From contig JAPKZH010000290.1 in NCBI GenBank assembly GCA_026393905.1, forward strand, positions 1 through 43,055: a stretch of 43,055 nucleotides of DNA. The letters run 5' to 3'. How positions within the stretch are numbered: position 1 is the first letter of the stretch; the number at the start of each line of letters is the position of its first letter. Position numbers and translations under genes: made by a program. This document shows, piece by piece, positions 1 to 7,916 of this stretch. The stretch is from Candidatus Aminicenantes bacterium (GTDB lineage Bacteria > Acidobacteriota > Aminicenantia > Aminicenantales > UBA4085). The notes under the pieces are model-generated. The model ran no database searches. It was not told the DNA's origin and saw only the letters and a program-made list of their open reading frames with translations.

Positions 1-1493
1 GTCTCAAAATATGCCCTGATTGCGGCCGCCTAGCCACGATCGTCGAGGAGAGCACCTATTTCTTCCGGCTTTCGGCCTACACCAAGCCGCTCCTCGATTT
101 TTATGAGAGCCATCCCAATTTTGTCCGGCCCCAGAGCCGGATGAACGAAGTCGTGAGCTTTGTCCGGATGGGACTCAAAGATTTGAGCATCACCCGGACC
201 ACGGTCAAGTGGGGAATTTCCGTTCCCGGCGACCCGGCCCATACGATCTACGTCTGGTTCGACGCCCTCCATAATTATCTGACCGGCATCGGCTACGACT
301 TGGATCTCGAGCTCTATCAAAAGTACTGGCCGGCGACGATTCATCTCATCGGCAAGGACATCCTCAGGTTCCACGCGATCTTTTGGCCCGCTTTCCTCAT
401 GGCCGCAGAGTTCCCCCTGCCGAGATGCGTCTTCGGACACGGCTGGTGGCTCAAGGACGAAACCAAGATGTCGAAGTCCAAGGGCAACGTCCTGGACCCG
501 TATGTCATCATCAAGGCGTTCGGACCGGATCCGCTCAGGTATTTCCTGCTCCGCGAGATCCCGATCGGACAGGACGGGAATTTTTCCCACGAGGCCTTCC
601 TCCATCGGGTGAATTCCGACCTGGCCAACGATCTCGGCAATCTCGTCCACCGGACGCTGACCATGATCCAAAATTATTTCCAGGGGACGCTCGAAGATAT
701 CGGACAGGAGCAGGCAGAAGATCGAAAGGTCGGCGTGGCTTTTGACGAGCTAAAGGAAAAAGCGTCAGGCCTCTACGAAGCGGCGGTCATCAACAAAGCC
801 TTGGAAGAGATCTGGGTTTATATCAATTCGGTCAACAAATACCTGGCCGATCATGAGCCCTGGAAGCTTGCCAAAGACCCCGGCCAGCGCCAAAGGCTCG
901 GCCGCGTCCTTTATCAAACAGCGGCCGCGATCCGGGGCATCAGCTACCTGCTCTTCCCCGTCATGCCGGAATCTTCGCAAAAAATCTGGGGACTTCTGGG
1001 CGAGGACGGCCTGATCGAAGCCCGGTCCTATCCTGAGTTCAGGTTTGAAGGTTTGAAGACGGGGCAAGCCGCTCGAAAGCCGCAGCCCCTGTTTCCCAGG
1101 GTCGACCTCGAAGATTTCCTGGCCGAAGAGGCGCGGCAAGCCATTCAGCCAAAAACGGAGGAAAAAATGGACATCGTCACTTTTGAAGAATTCAAGAAAA
1201 TGGACCTTCGCGTGGCGAAGATCCTGAAAGCCGAACGGGTGCCGGGAACGACGAAGCTGCTCAAGATGGAAGCTGATATCGGCGGAGAAAAAAGGCAAAT
1301 GGTCGCCGGCGTCGCCGACACCTATACCCCGGAGGACCTGGTAGGCAAAGAGTGCATCGTCATCGTCAACCTGAAACCCGCCGTGATCCGGGGAATCGAA
1401 TCCCAGGCCATGCTGTTGGCCGCCGTGATCGACGACAAAGCCGTCATCCCGTTCTTTGACCGCGAGCTGCCCCCCGGCGCCAAAGTTCGATAA
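1..1493 (+). CDS. metG: methionyl-tRNA synthetase, 5'-truncated by the window edge
   Basis: Frame 3 is open from nt 3 and translates as LKICPDCGRLATIVEESTYFFRLS. It has a KMSKS loop (KMSKSKGN) and a C-terminal EMAP/Trbp111-type tRNA-binding domain (DLRVAKILKAERVPGTTKLLKMEADIGGE...VNLKP). The track ORF 141..1493 is the same frame taken from an internal Met. Confidence 0.95.
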   Translation, partial: LKICPDCGRLATIVEESTYFFRLSAYTKPLLDFYESHPNFVRPQSRMNEVVSFVRMGLKDLSITRTTVKWGISVPGDPAHTIYVWFDALHNYLTGIGYDLDLELYQKYWPATIHLIGKDILRFHAIFWPAFLMAAEFPLPRCVFGHGWWLKDETKMSKSKGNVLDPYVIIKAFGPDPLRYFLLREIPIGQDGNFSHEAFLHRVNSDLANDLGNLVHRTLTMIQNYFQGTLEDIGQEQAEDRKVGVAFDELKEKASGLYEAAVINKALEEIWVYINSVNKYLADHEPWKLAKDPGQRQRLGRVLYQTAAAIRGISYLLFPVMPESSQKIWGLLGEDGLIEARSYPEFRFEGLKTGQAARKPQPLFPRVDLEDFLAEEARQAIQPKTEEKMDIVTFEEFKKMDLRVAKILKAERVPGTTKLLKMEADIGGEKRQMVAGVADTYTPEDLVGKECIVIVNLKPAVIRGIESQAMLLAAVIDDKAVIPFFDRELPPGAKVR

Positions 1494-1507
1494 CGCCCAG
1501 GGCGCCC

Positions 1508-1557
1508 GGGGTCAAAGCTACTTTTTACGCAAATGCGTAAAAAGTAGTTTTGACCCC
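1508..1557. terminator. long hairpin between convergent metG and tsaC; bidirectional terminator candidate
   Basis: GGGGTCAAAGCTACTTTTTACGCA (1508-1531) pairs with TGCGTAAAAAGTAGTTTTGACCCC (1534-1557). This gives a 24-bp stem with one C/T position, which is a G:U pair on one strand, and a 2-nt apex. It starts 15 nt after the metG stop and ends 16 nt before the tsaC stop. Confidence 0.5.
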
Positions 1558-1572
1558 GAAATATTGACCCCG

Positions 1573-2217
1573 CTATAAATAGGGGCGCAGCCGTTCGGAA
1601 GGAACCGCTCCTTCTCGCAAAATCCGAGGCTTGTCCGACGTCAAGTCCACGATCGTCGAGGGCAGCCCTCCTGGTGTTTTTCCCCCGTCGATGATCAAAT
1701 CGACTTTGCCGCTAAAGGCTTCGATCACTTCTTCCCGCGAGTCGATTTCTTTTTCTCCCGAGATGTTTGCGCTTGTAGCCGTGAGGGGCACATCCATCTG
1801 CCGGACAAGCTCCAAGAGCCAGGGCACATCCGGAAGCCTGAGCGCCAGGCTGCCTCCCGGGCCGAGCATTTGGGGAGGGAACAACGGTTTTGCCTTTACG
1901 ACAAGCGTCAAAGGGCCCGGCCAGAACTTCCGGCTGAGGTCCGAAAACACCGGCGGCAGAGAGGCCGCGACTTTTTCCGCCATATCGACTCCGGAAATCA
2001 CGACGGAAAGAGGCTTTCCCTGTCCCCTCTTCTTCAGGAGATAGATCTTCCGGACCGCCGTCTCCGAATAGGCCCCTGCGCCGAGGCCGTAGAATGTATC
2101 GGTCGGATAGGCCATGATCCCTTCCTTCCGGAGAATGTCCGCGATTTCGGCTATCTTCGCGGCATCCACCGGTCCTGGTTTAATCTCGATAACTTGCGTC
2201 TGTTTCGGCATGTCCAA
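1573..2217 (-). CDS. tsaC: L-threonylcarbamoyladenylate synthase (YrdC/Sua5/TsaC family)
   Basis: 214 aa. It carries family motifs AYPTDTFYGLG and LTATSANISGE and has the single-domain YrdC length. Confidence 0.85.
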   Translation of the reverse strand: MDMPKQTQVIEIKPGPVDAAKIAEIADILRKEGIMAYPTDTFYGLGAGAYSETAVRKIYLLKKRGQGKPLSVVISGVDMAEKVAASLPPVFSDLSRKFWPGPLTLVVKAKPLFPPQMLGPGGSLALRLPDVPWLLELVRQMDVPLTATSANISGEKEIDSREEVIEAFSGKVDLIIDGGKTPGGLPSTIVDLTSDKPRILREGAVPSERLRPYL

Positions 2218-2391
2218 TTTTTACACAGTCCATGGTAAAAGGGGCCGCAGAAAAAGTCAAACCGGGCTTTTCTTCTTTACAAACGGCCTGGGGAGATTTA
2301 AACTATCCAAGAGAGGACAATTGACCCATTTTAGCCACAGTCGGGCCGCTATCCGGTATCCTAGACGACCTTTAAGACTCGAAAGACAGTT

Positions 2392-2407
2392 TGGCACAGT
2401 TTTTGCA
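2392..2407 (+). promoter_or_regulatory. sigma-54 (RpoN) -24/-12 promoter candidate for the 2434 gene
   Basis: TGGCAC-AGTTT-TTGCA matches the TGGCAC-N5-TTGCW consensus exactly, with GG and GC separated by 10 nt. The predicted start is near 2418, the AGGAGG SD is at 2422-2427 and the ATG is at 2434. Confidence 0.5.
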
Positions 2408-2433
2408 TAAGATTTTAGCCCAGGAGGAATGAA

Positions 2434-3222
2434 ATGAAAAAACATTTGGCTTTATCGGTGATCGTCTTTTTGACTGTCGCGTCGCTGGCCTTTTCCAACA
2501 CCCTGACCTTCAAAATCAACTATTTCATGCCCAGGCTGGAGAACAGCAAGCTGCAATACGATTTCATGAGGACCGAGTTCTCCCAGATGAACTTCACCAA
2601 AACAAACTTCCAGGACACATCTTTTGGAGTCTATTACGAATATTTTCTGGATGGACGGTTCAGCCTGGTGTTCGGCATCGACACGTTCAGCAAAAGCAAG
2701 GCCGGGTTCTATAAGGATTATGTGGGGATCAATTTCGACGATGGGACCTTCGCCTTCCCCAACGATTATCAGGGCGACTTTGATCCGGGTCATACGCTGG
2801 ACTTCTCCGTCACTCCGATCCAGCTTGCTTTCAAGATCGCGCCGCTCGGACGAAGGGCCAAAATTATTCCTTACGTCGGCGCGGGGGTAGGCCTCTATCT
2901 CTGGAACATCAGGATGCGGGGGGATATCATAGACTTCAGTGATCCCTGGATTTATGATGATCCCGACTATGGAGAAGTCGATATTTTTCCGATCTACGGC
3001 GTCGATGCCAGGGAAGGTGAAAATTTCCCCAAGGCCACCTTTGGATATCAATTGTTCGGCGGCGTCATGTTTCCCATCGGCAACCGGCTGACCCTGGATG
3101 CGGAATTCAAGTTCAGTCATGCGGCAGGAAAACTCAAGGACGCCTTCCAGGGATTCGAGCCGAATAATCTTTTTGACCTGGGCGGCTATCAGGTATCGAT
3201 CGGGCTCAACTACTGGTTCTAG
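2434..3222 (+). CDS. secreted outer-membrane beta-barrel protein (OMP_b-brl/OmpW-like), hypothetical
   Basis: 262 aa. It has an N-terminal signal peptide (MKKHLALSVIVFLTVASLAFS), alternating aromatic and Gly-rich strand-like segments, and a C-terminal ...GLNYWF ending in Phe, as is typical for OMPs. A strong SD is present. Confidence 0.6.
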   Translation: MKKHLALSVIVFLTVASLAFSNTLTFKINYFMPRLENSKLQYDFMRTEFSQMNFTKTNFQDTSFGVYYEYFLDGRFSLVFGIDTFSKSKAGFYKDYVGINFDDGTFAFPNDYQGDFDPGHTLDFSVTPIQLAFKIAPLGRRAKIIPYVGAGVGLYLWNIRMRGDIIDFSDPWIYDDPDYGEVDIFPIYGVDAREGENFPKATFGYQLFGGVMFPIGNRLTLDAEFKFSHAAGKLKDAFQGFEPNNLFDLGGYQVSIGLNYWF

Positions 3223-3246
3223 CCTCCACGTTATACGTCAAAGCGG

Positions 3247-3284
3247 CGGAGCAATCTCAATCGAATGAAAAGAAGGTTGCTCCG
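3247..3284. terminator. hairpin between convergent genes; weak terminator candidate
   Basis: CGGAGCAA (3247-3254) pairs with TTGCTCCG (3277-3284). An alternative pairing is CGGCGG (3244-3249) with CCGCCG (3292-3297). There is no clear U-tract. Confidence 0.25.
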
Positions 3285-3337
3285 TTCCTTGCCGCCGTTC
3301 GCAATAGCGAGTGGGACGATTTCCTTGAGGACCGATT

Positions 3338-4174
3338 CTACAGCTCGTATTTTTCTATGATGGCCAGATATTTCCGCATTGCTTCTTGATTCCCGCGCTT
3401 CAAAAAGCCGGCCAGAAGGATGCGGCTTTTCTTGACGATTTCCGCGCGGACAAGCCTTTCCTGCTCGGACGACAGGCTGAGGCTCAAGGCTTTCTCCAGA
3501 GCCCGCACCCTGAACCGGTCCATCCCCCAATATCGATGGGAAAGCTGATCCGGATGCCCTCCCCGTTTGATGATCAGCGGCTCCTTGAGAAAATAGATCG
3601 GGGTCTTCTGGGCTAGCCGGAGGCCGAGGTCATAGTCTTCGCAAGCAGGCAGATCTTCGTCGAAATTTCCGATCTCCTCGAACACAGACCGCCGGAACAG
3701 GGCCGAGGAAAGGCTTAGCAGGCAAAGCGGCACGACTTTGTCGAAGATCCAGCCTGAATATTTCTGGTGTTTTTTCATAGGATTGTGCCGGCGGCCGTTC
3801 CTGATCCAGATCTCTTCCGTGCAGCAGACATTCGCCTCGGGATGGGCTTCCATGAATTCCATCTGGAAACGCAGTTTTTCTTTTTTCCAGAGGTCGTCCG
3901 AGTCCAGGTAGGCGATAAATGTCCCACGGGCCAGCCTGAGCCCCGCATTTCTAGCCGCGCTCACGCCCCCGTGCTCTCTGTAGACGTAGTGAACCCGGTC
4001 CCCGAAGGCGCGGACGACGTCCCGGGTGCCATCGTCCGACCCGTCATCGATGATCAGAAGCTCCCAATCATGGCCGGGCCCTTTGCCGGAGAAATGGTCC
4101 TGAGCCAGGACGGACGAGATGGCTTCTTTGAGAAAGGAAGCCCTGTTGTAGGTGGGGATGATGACGGTGATCAA
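3338..4174 (-). CDS. family 2 glycosyltransferase
   Basis: 278 aa. It has the GT-A signature ITVIIPTYNRASFLKEAISSVLAQ, then DDGSDDGT and DSDD. The apparent TTG start overlaps the stop of the upstream ORF (TTGA). Confidence 0.85.
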   Translation of the reverse strand: MITVIIPTYNRASFLKEAISSVLAQDHFSGKGPGHDWELLIIDDGSDDGTRDVVRAFGDRVHYVYREHGGVSAARNAGLRLARGTFIAYLDSDDLWKKEKLRFQMEFMEAHPEANVCCTEEIWIRNGRRHNPMKKHQKYSGWIFDKVVPLCLLSLSSALFRRSVFEEIGNFDEDLPACEDYDLGLRLAQKTPIYFLKEPLIIKRGGHPDQLSHRYWGMDRFRVRALEKALSLSLSSEQERLVRAEIVKKSRILLAGFLKRGNQEAMRKYLAIIEKYEL

Positions 4175-5013
4175 GAGATTTTCGAAACGGCCACTTTTTC
4201 CGTTTTGCTGAAGGGGATTTTAAAGCGGCCCCAGACGCTCTCCACGGCGGCTTCCCCGGAAAAGCTGACCGGCAATGGGGGCTGCTCCAGCCAGCTAAAG
4301 ATGTCCCTGCCGATCTCGAAAAAATCCAGCAGGAGCGGGATGGAAAAAAGCTGCTCGCCTCGCTGAGCGATGCTCACGCCTTGCCCCATTGTTCCCGAAG
4401 ACACCGTCTTTTCTCCGAAATCCAGCTTATAGCTCATTGACTCCAGCTTCAAATCGAATCCGTTCGGATTCTTCACTACGGCCTTGAAGACGAGGTCCGC
4501 GCCGCCGACGGTCAGGGCTTTCGCCTCGATGGGCCGGAGCTCGACGTCGACGCCCCTAAAAATGGGGAATTCGCCGGCAAAGGCGATCTGGACTCTCTTC
4601 TCCCGCCGCCGCTCATCCTGGAAGGTCATTCCTCCGGCCAGGAAACAGGCCAGCTTGTCCTTGCCCAGAACGCCCGGCACGGCCCGGAGCAGCAGTTCAT
4701 ACGTAATCTTGACCGGCAGGGCTACGACGACACTCCCCTTGGCCTCGACCTTGATCGGCTCGTTAAGGGTTGTCTCTAGCTTGAGGTACTCGGTCTGCTC
4801 GATTACGAGCCGGTAATCGTACCTGGTCAGCCACCGCCCGGAATCCAAAGGATTGGCCACGTTCAGGTAGAAGACGAGCGAAAGGCCGTCCCTGCTCAGG
4901 TTCTCGACTTTTTTCTCCCGGACCGTGATCTCGATCTCATCTTTCGCCGGAAAAGCCTGCGAACACAGGATCGTCAGGACCATTGCTAGGAAGAGAACAA
5001 ATCGTTTTGGCAC
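4171..5013 (-). CDS. secreted protein with two LEA_2 (LEA14/WHy-like) repeats, hypothetical
   Basis: 280 aa with a signal peptide (MPKRFVLFLAMVLTILCSQAFPA). It has two similar about 110-aa beta-rich modules (LSLVFYLNVANPLD...YDYRLVI and ADLVFKAVVKNPNGFDLKLESMSYKLDF) that resemble the LEA_2 fold family. The assignment is from memory of that family only. Confidence 0.45.
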   Translation of the reverse strand: MPKRFVLFLAMVLTILCSQAFPAKDEIEITVREKKVENLSRDGLSLVFYLNVANPLDSGRWLTRYDYRLVIEQTEYLKLETTLNEPIKVEAKGSVVVALPVKITYELLLRAVPGVLGKDKLACFLAGGMTFQDERRREKRVQIAFAGEFPIFRGVDVELRPIEAKALTVGGADLVFKAVVKNPNGFDLKLESMSYKLDFGEKTVSSGTMGQGVSIAQRGEQLFSIPLLLDFFEIGRDIFSWLEQPPLPVSFSGEAAVESVWGRFKIPFSKTEKVAVSKIS

Positions 5014-5136
5014 TAAAAAATACTCTCTATCCGCTCGAGAATTAAATAGTCTACACTATTGGCCGGCGTTGGACAAGACGCCGGGCACGAAGCCTGCCAA
5101 AAGCAAGCATTACCAAATATCTAATTTCAACCAAGC

Positions 5137-5356
5137 GTTGGCATTGCCCCCTAACCCCTTGGGGAACCAGTCCCGTCGGACACTCTTCCTTCCAAGGAGC
5201 ATTAGCCAATGAATTCATGGGAGGATGCTCCTTGGAGGGGTGGCAGGGCGGGCGGGTATTCCCGCCGCTCGTTGGAGGGGGACCCTGTGAAAGGGTCCTC
5301 CTCCAAGAGTGTCCGGGGCCCCCCTCCGCTATGGGGGCTTCAGGGGCAATGCCAAC
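5137..5356. ncRNA. candidate structured RNA, or a palindromic element; class and strand unknown
   Basis: The nested helices are as follows. P1 is 5137-5150/5343-5356 (14 bp, perfect). CCCC 5155-5158 pairs with GGGG 5333-5337 and GGGG 5161-5164 pairs with CCCC 5319-5324. P2 is 5177-5187/5305-5315 (11 bp). P2 closes a three-way junction formed by P3 5188-5202/5225-5239 (15 bp), P4 5248-5256/5261-5268 and P5 5274-5286/5292-5304 (13 bp, GTGAA loop). Confidence 0.4.
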
Positions 5357-5406
5357 ACCTTCTTGAAATCACATAAACGGAGATGCTTCGCGGCCAAAAA
5401 TAGAAT

Positions 5407-5435
5407 TTGAACTAATTCGAAGCAGTTTTTATAAT
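5407..5435 (+). promoter_or_regulatory. sigma-70-type promoter candidate for cca
   Basis: TTGAAC (5407-5412), a 17-nt spacer, then TATAAT (5430-5435), located 27 nt upstream of the ATG at 5462. Confidence 0.5.
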
Positions 5436-5461
5436 AGGGTATCGAAAAATTTGATCCTTTC

Positions 5462-6904
5462 ATGAAACATATCGGAGTGGAATTCCGGGACAAAAGCTTT
5501 TTTGTCCGGATCTTTGGAAAAGACGTCTATGCCGTCGGCGGCTTCGTCCGCGACATCCTCCGCGGCATCCAATCGGAAGACATCGACTTGCTCATCACCC
5601 GCCACCCTCTCCGGACCATCATCGAAAAAATCCGACCCCATGGAAAAGTGGACCTTGTCGGCCGAAGCTTTGGCATCATCAAATTCACGGTCAAGGGCAA
5701 ATCCTATGATATCGCCCTGCCCCGGAAAGACCGGCCGAAGGGCGAGGGCGTCAGGGGTCACAAAGATATCCTTGTCTCGGCCGACCCCCGGCTGCCCATC
5801 GAGGCCGACCTCGAGCGGCGCGACTTCCGCTGCAACAGCATCGCCCTCAGGCTGGCCGACGAAGCGCTGATCGACCCGTTTGAGGGGGCCAAGGACATTC
5901 GGGCCAGGCTGATCCAGCTGACCAATCCCCAGGCCTTTCCCGATGATCCGCTCCGCGTCCTGAGGGCCGCCCGCTTTGCCTCGGTCCTGGCCTTTTCCGT
6001 CGACCCGTCCATTTACGCCCTGGCCAAGGACATCGATTTGACCCACCTCAGCGTCGAGCGGGTCAACGACGAGCTGTTCAAGATCCTGCTCTTCTCCCCG
6101 AGACCGTCGACCGGGCTGGATGAACTGTTCAAGCTCGGCGCGCTGCGACAGCTCTTTCCCGAGCTATACGCCCTGACGCTCGTCATCCAGGATTCGGTCT
6201 TCCATCCTGAAAAAGACAGCTTTGGCCATCACACGGTTTGGCACCACACGAAATTGACGGTCGACCAAGCCAAGCGCCTGGCCGAGTTGGCCGGTCTCGA
6301 GCCGGCAAAAAAGCTGGCCTTGGAGCTTTCGGCCCTCTTCCACGATGTTGGAAAAACGGAAACGACCCAGTGGGAATTCAAGCGGGGGCGGATGGTGATC
6401 ACGAGCGCCGGACATGACGTCGCCAGCGAAAAGGCGACGAAAAGGATCTTCAGCCGGTTCAAGATCTTCGCCTGGAACGGGTATAACCTGAGGAAGATCG
6501 TGTTGATGCTGATCAGGAATCATCATCGGGCCTCCGAGCTGTGGCAGAACAGGCAGGCTTTGACCCGGAAAGCGTTCAACCGGCTGGCCGCCGATACCAA
6601 CGGAGAAATCGAGCTCCTGGCCAATCTCGACGCGGCCGACCGGGGCGGACGAAAAGAAAAGATCATGACGGGGCTGGACCGGGAAGGCCGGTGGCTGCTG
6701 GATAAGTTCAGGGAGCTCGACGTCAATAAAGAGACGATCAGGCCTCTAATCATGGGACGGGACCTGCTCATGCTCGGCGTCGCGCCGGGACCCGGCATGG
6801 GGAAGCTCCTCAAAGAACTGTACAGGCGCCAGCTGGATAATGACTTCCAGAAAAAAGGGCAGGGCCTGAAAATCGCCAAAAAACTGATCGGGGGATATGG
6901 ATGA
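5462..6904 (+). CDS. cca: CCA-adding enzyme / class II tRNA nucleotidyltransferase with C-terminal HD domain
   Basis: 480 aa. The head-domain motifs are GGFVRDILRG...DIDL and RRDFRCNSIA. The HD phosphohydrolase motifs are HHTKLT...LFHDVGK...RNHH. Confidence 0.85.
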   Translation: MKHIGVEFRDKSFFVRIFGKDVYAVGGFVRDILRGIQSEDIDLLITRHPLRTIIEKIRPHGKVDLVGRSFGIIKFTVKGKSYDIALPRKDRPKGEGVRGHKDILVSADPRLPIEADLERRDFRCNSIALRLADEALIDPFEGAKDIRARLIQLTNPQAFPDDPLRVLRAARFASVLAFSVDPSIYALAKDIDLTHLSVERVNDELFKILLFSPRPSTGLDELFKLGALRQLFPELYALTLVIQDSVFHPEKDSFGHHTVWHHTKLTVDQAKRLAELAGLEPAKKLALELSALFHDVGKTETTQWEFKRGRMVITSAGHDVASEKATKRIFSRFKIFAWNGYNLRKIVLMLIRNHHRASELWQNRQALTRKAFNRLAADTNGEIELLANLDAADRGGRKEKIMTGLDREGRWLLDKFRELDVNKETIRPLIMGRDLLMLGVAPGPGMGKLLKELYRRQLDNDFQKKGQGLKIAKKLIGGYG

Positions 6905-7875
6905 AAAAAGTGCTGGTGACGGGCGGCGCAGGATATATCGGCTGTCACACCGCCAAGGAGCTCTTAAAGCAAGGATTTGAAGTCGTCGTGTTCGACAACC
7001 TTTCCAACGGAAAAAAAGAATTTGTCCTGGGAGGAGAACTCATTGTCGGCGACCTTCTGGACAAGGACGCCGTCCGGAGGGTTTTCAGGTCCGGGGATAT
7101 CGCCGCCGTCCTTCACTTCGCATCACTCATCCAAGTCGGCGAATCCTATCTCGATCCTCGCAAATACTATGGGCAGAACCTGATCTCCAGCCTGAACCTT
7201 TTGGAGGCCATGCTCGAAGCCGGCGTTAGAAGCTTTATCTTTTCCTCAAGCGCCGCCGTCTACGGCACCCCACTCCACATCCCCATTCCGGAAGACCACC
7301 CGCTCCTTCCCTTCAATCCCTACGGCCAGACAAAATTCTTCGTCGAAAAGATCCTCCAGGATTATGACCGGGCCTACGGCATGAAGTTCATCTCCCTTCG
7401 CTATTTCAACGCCGCCGGAGCCGACCCGGATGGAGAGATGGGCGAGATGCACAACCCCGAAACGCACCTCATTCCGAATATTTTACTAGCCATTCTCGGG
7501 AAAAAGGAATACTTGGAGATCTACGGGACGGATTTCCCCACGCCGGACGGGACGGCCGTCCGGGATTACATTCACGTGACGGACCTGTCTTCAGCCCACG
7601 TTCTGGCGCTCCAAAAGCTTCTCGCCTCGTCCCAGAGCGAGTTCATCAACCTGGGAACGAATAAGGGATATTCCGTCCGCGAAGTCATCGCCAAATCCGA
7701 AGAACTCACGGGGAAAAAAGTGCCTTCCCGGTCAAAATCGAGGCGCCAGGGAGATGTCCCGGTGCTCCTGGCTTCGAAAGAGAAGGCCGAGCGCCTTCTC
7801 GGGTGGAAACTCCGCTACTCGGAGCTTGAGACAATTATCGAGACGGCCTGGAAATGGCATAAGAAATTGAATTGA
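6901..7875 (+). CDS. galE: UDP-glucose 4-epimerase
   Basis: 324 aa. It has a Rossmann motif VLVTGGAGYIGCH, the catalytic YGQTK motif, and end-to-end resemblance to GalE. Its start overlaps the cca stop by 4 nt (ATGA). Confidence 0.9.
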   Translation: MKKVLVTGGAGYIGCHTAKELLKQGFEVVVFDNLSNGKKEFVLGGELIVGDLLDKDAVRRVFRSGDIAAVLHFASLIQVGESYLDPRKYYGQNLISSLNLLEAMLEAGVRSFIFSSSAAVYGTPLHIPIPEDHPLLPFNPYGQTKFFVEKILQDYDRAYGMKFISLRYFNAAGADPDGEMGEMHNPETHLIPNILLAILGKKEYLEIYGTDFPTPDGTAVRDYIHVTDLSSAHVLALQKLLASSQSEFINLGTNKGYSVREVIAKSEELTGKKVPSRSKSRRQGDVPVLLASKEKAERLLGWKLRYSELETIIETAWKWHKKLN

Positions 7876-7916
7876 CGTCGATTTCTCCGCGTGGTATAAG
7901 TAATCCCCGAATAGAT

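Noticed and set aside
5246-5270. GGGCGGGCGGGTATTCCCGCC resembles the GGGCGGGGUGAAAUUCCCC core of the FMN (RFN) riboswitch.
   Set aside because: The other conserved RFN segments are missing or out of order. No riboflavin or transport gene is adjacent. The resemblance is limited to a G-run/C-run hairpin.
5209-5376. 55-aa ORF (MNSWEDAPWRGGRAGGYSRRSLEGDPVKGSSSKSVRGPPPLWGLQGQCQHLLEIT) with an AAGGAG 9 nt upstream, lying inside the structured element.
   Set aside because: The composition is Gly/Arg/Ser/Pro-rich and is dictated by the G/C-run helices. The apparent SD is itself one strand of helix P3. RNA or DNA structure explains this stretch better than coding.
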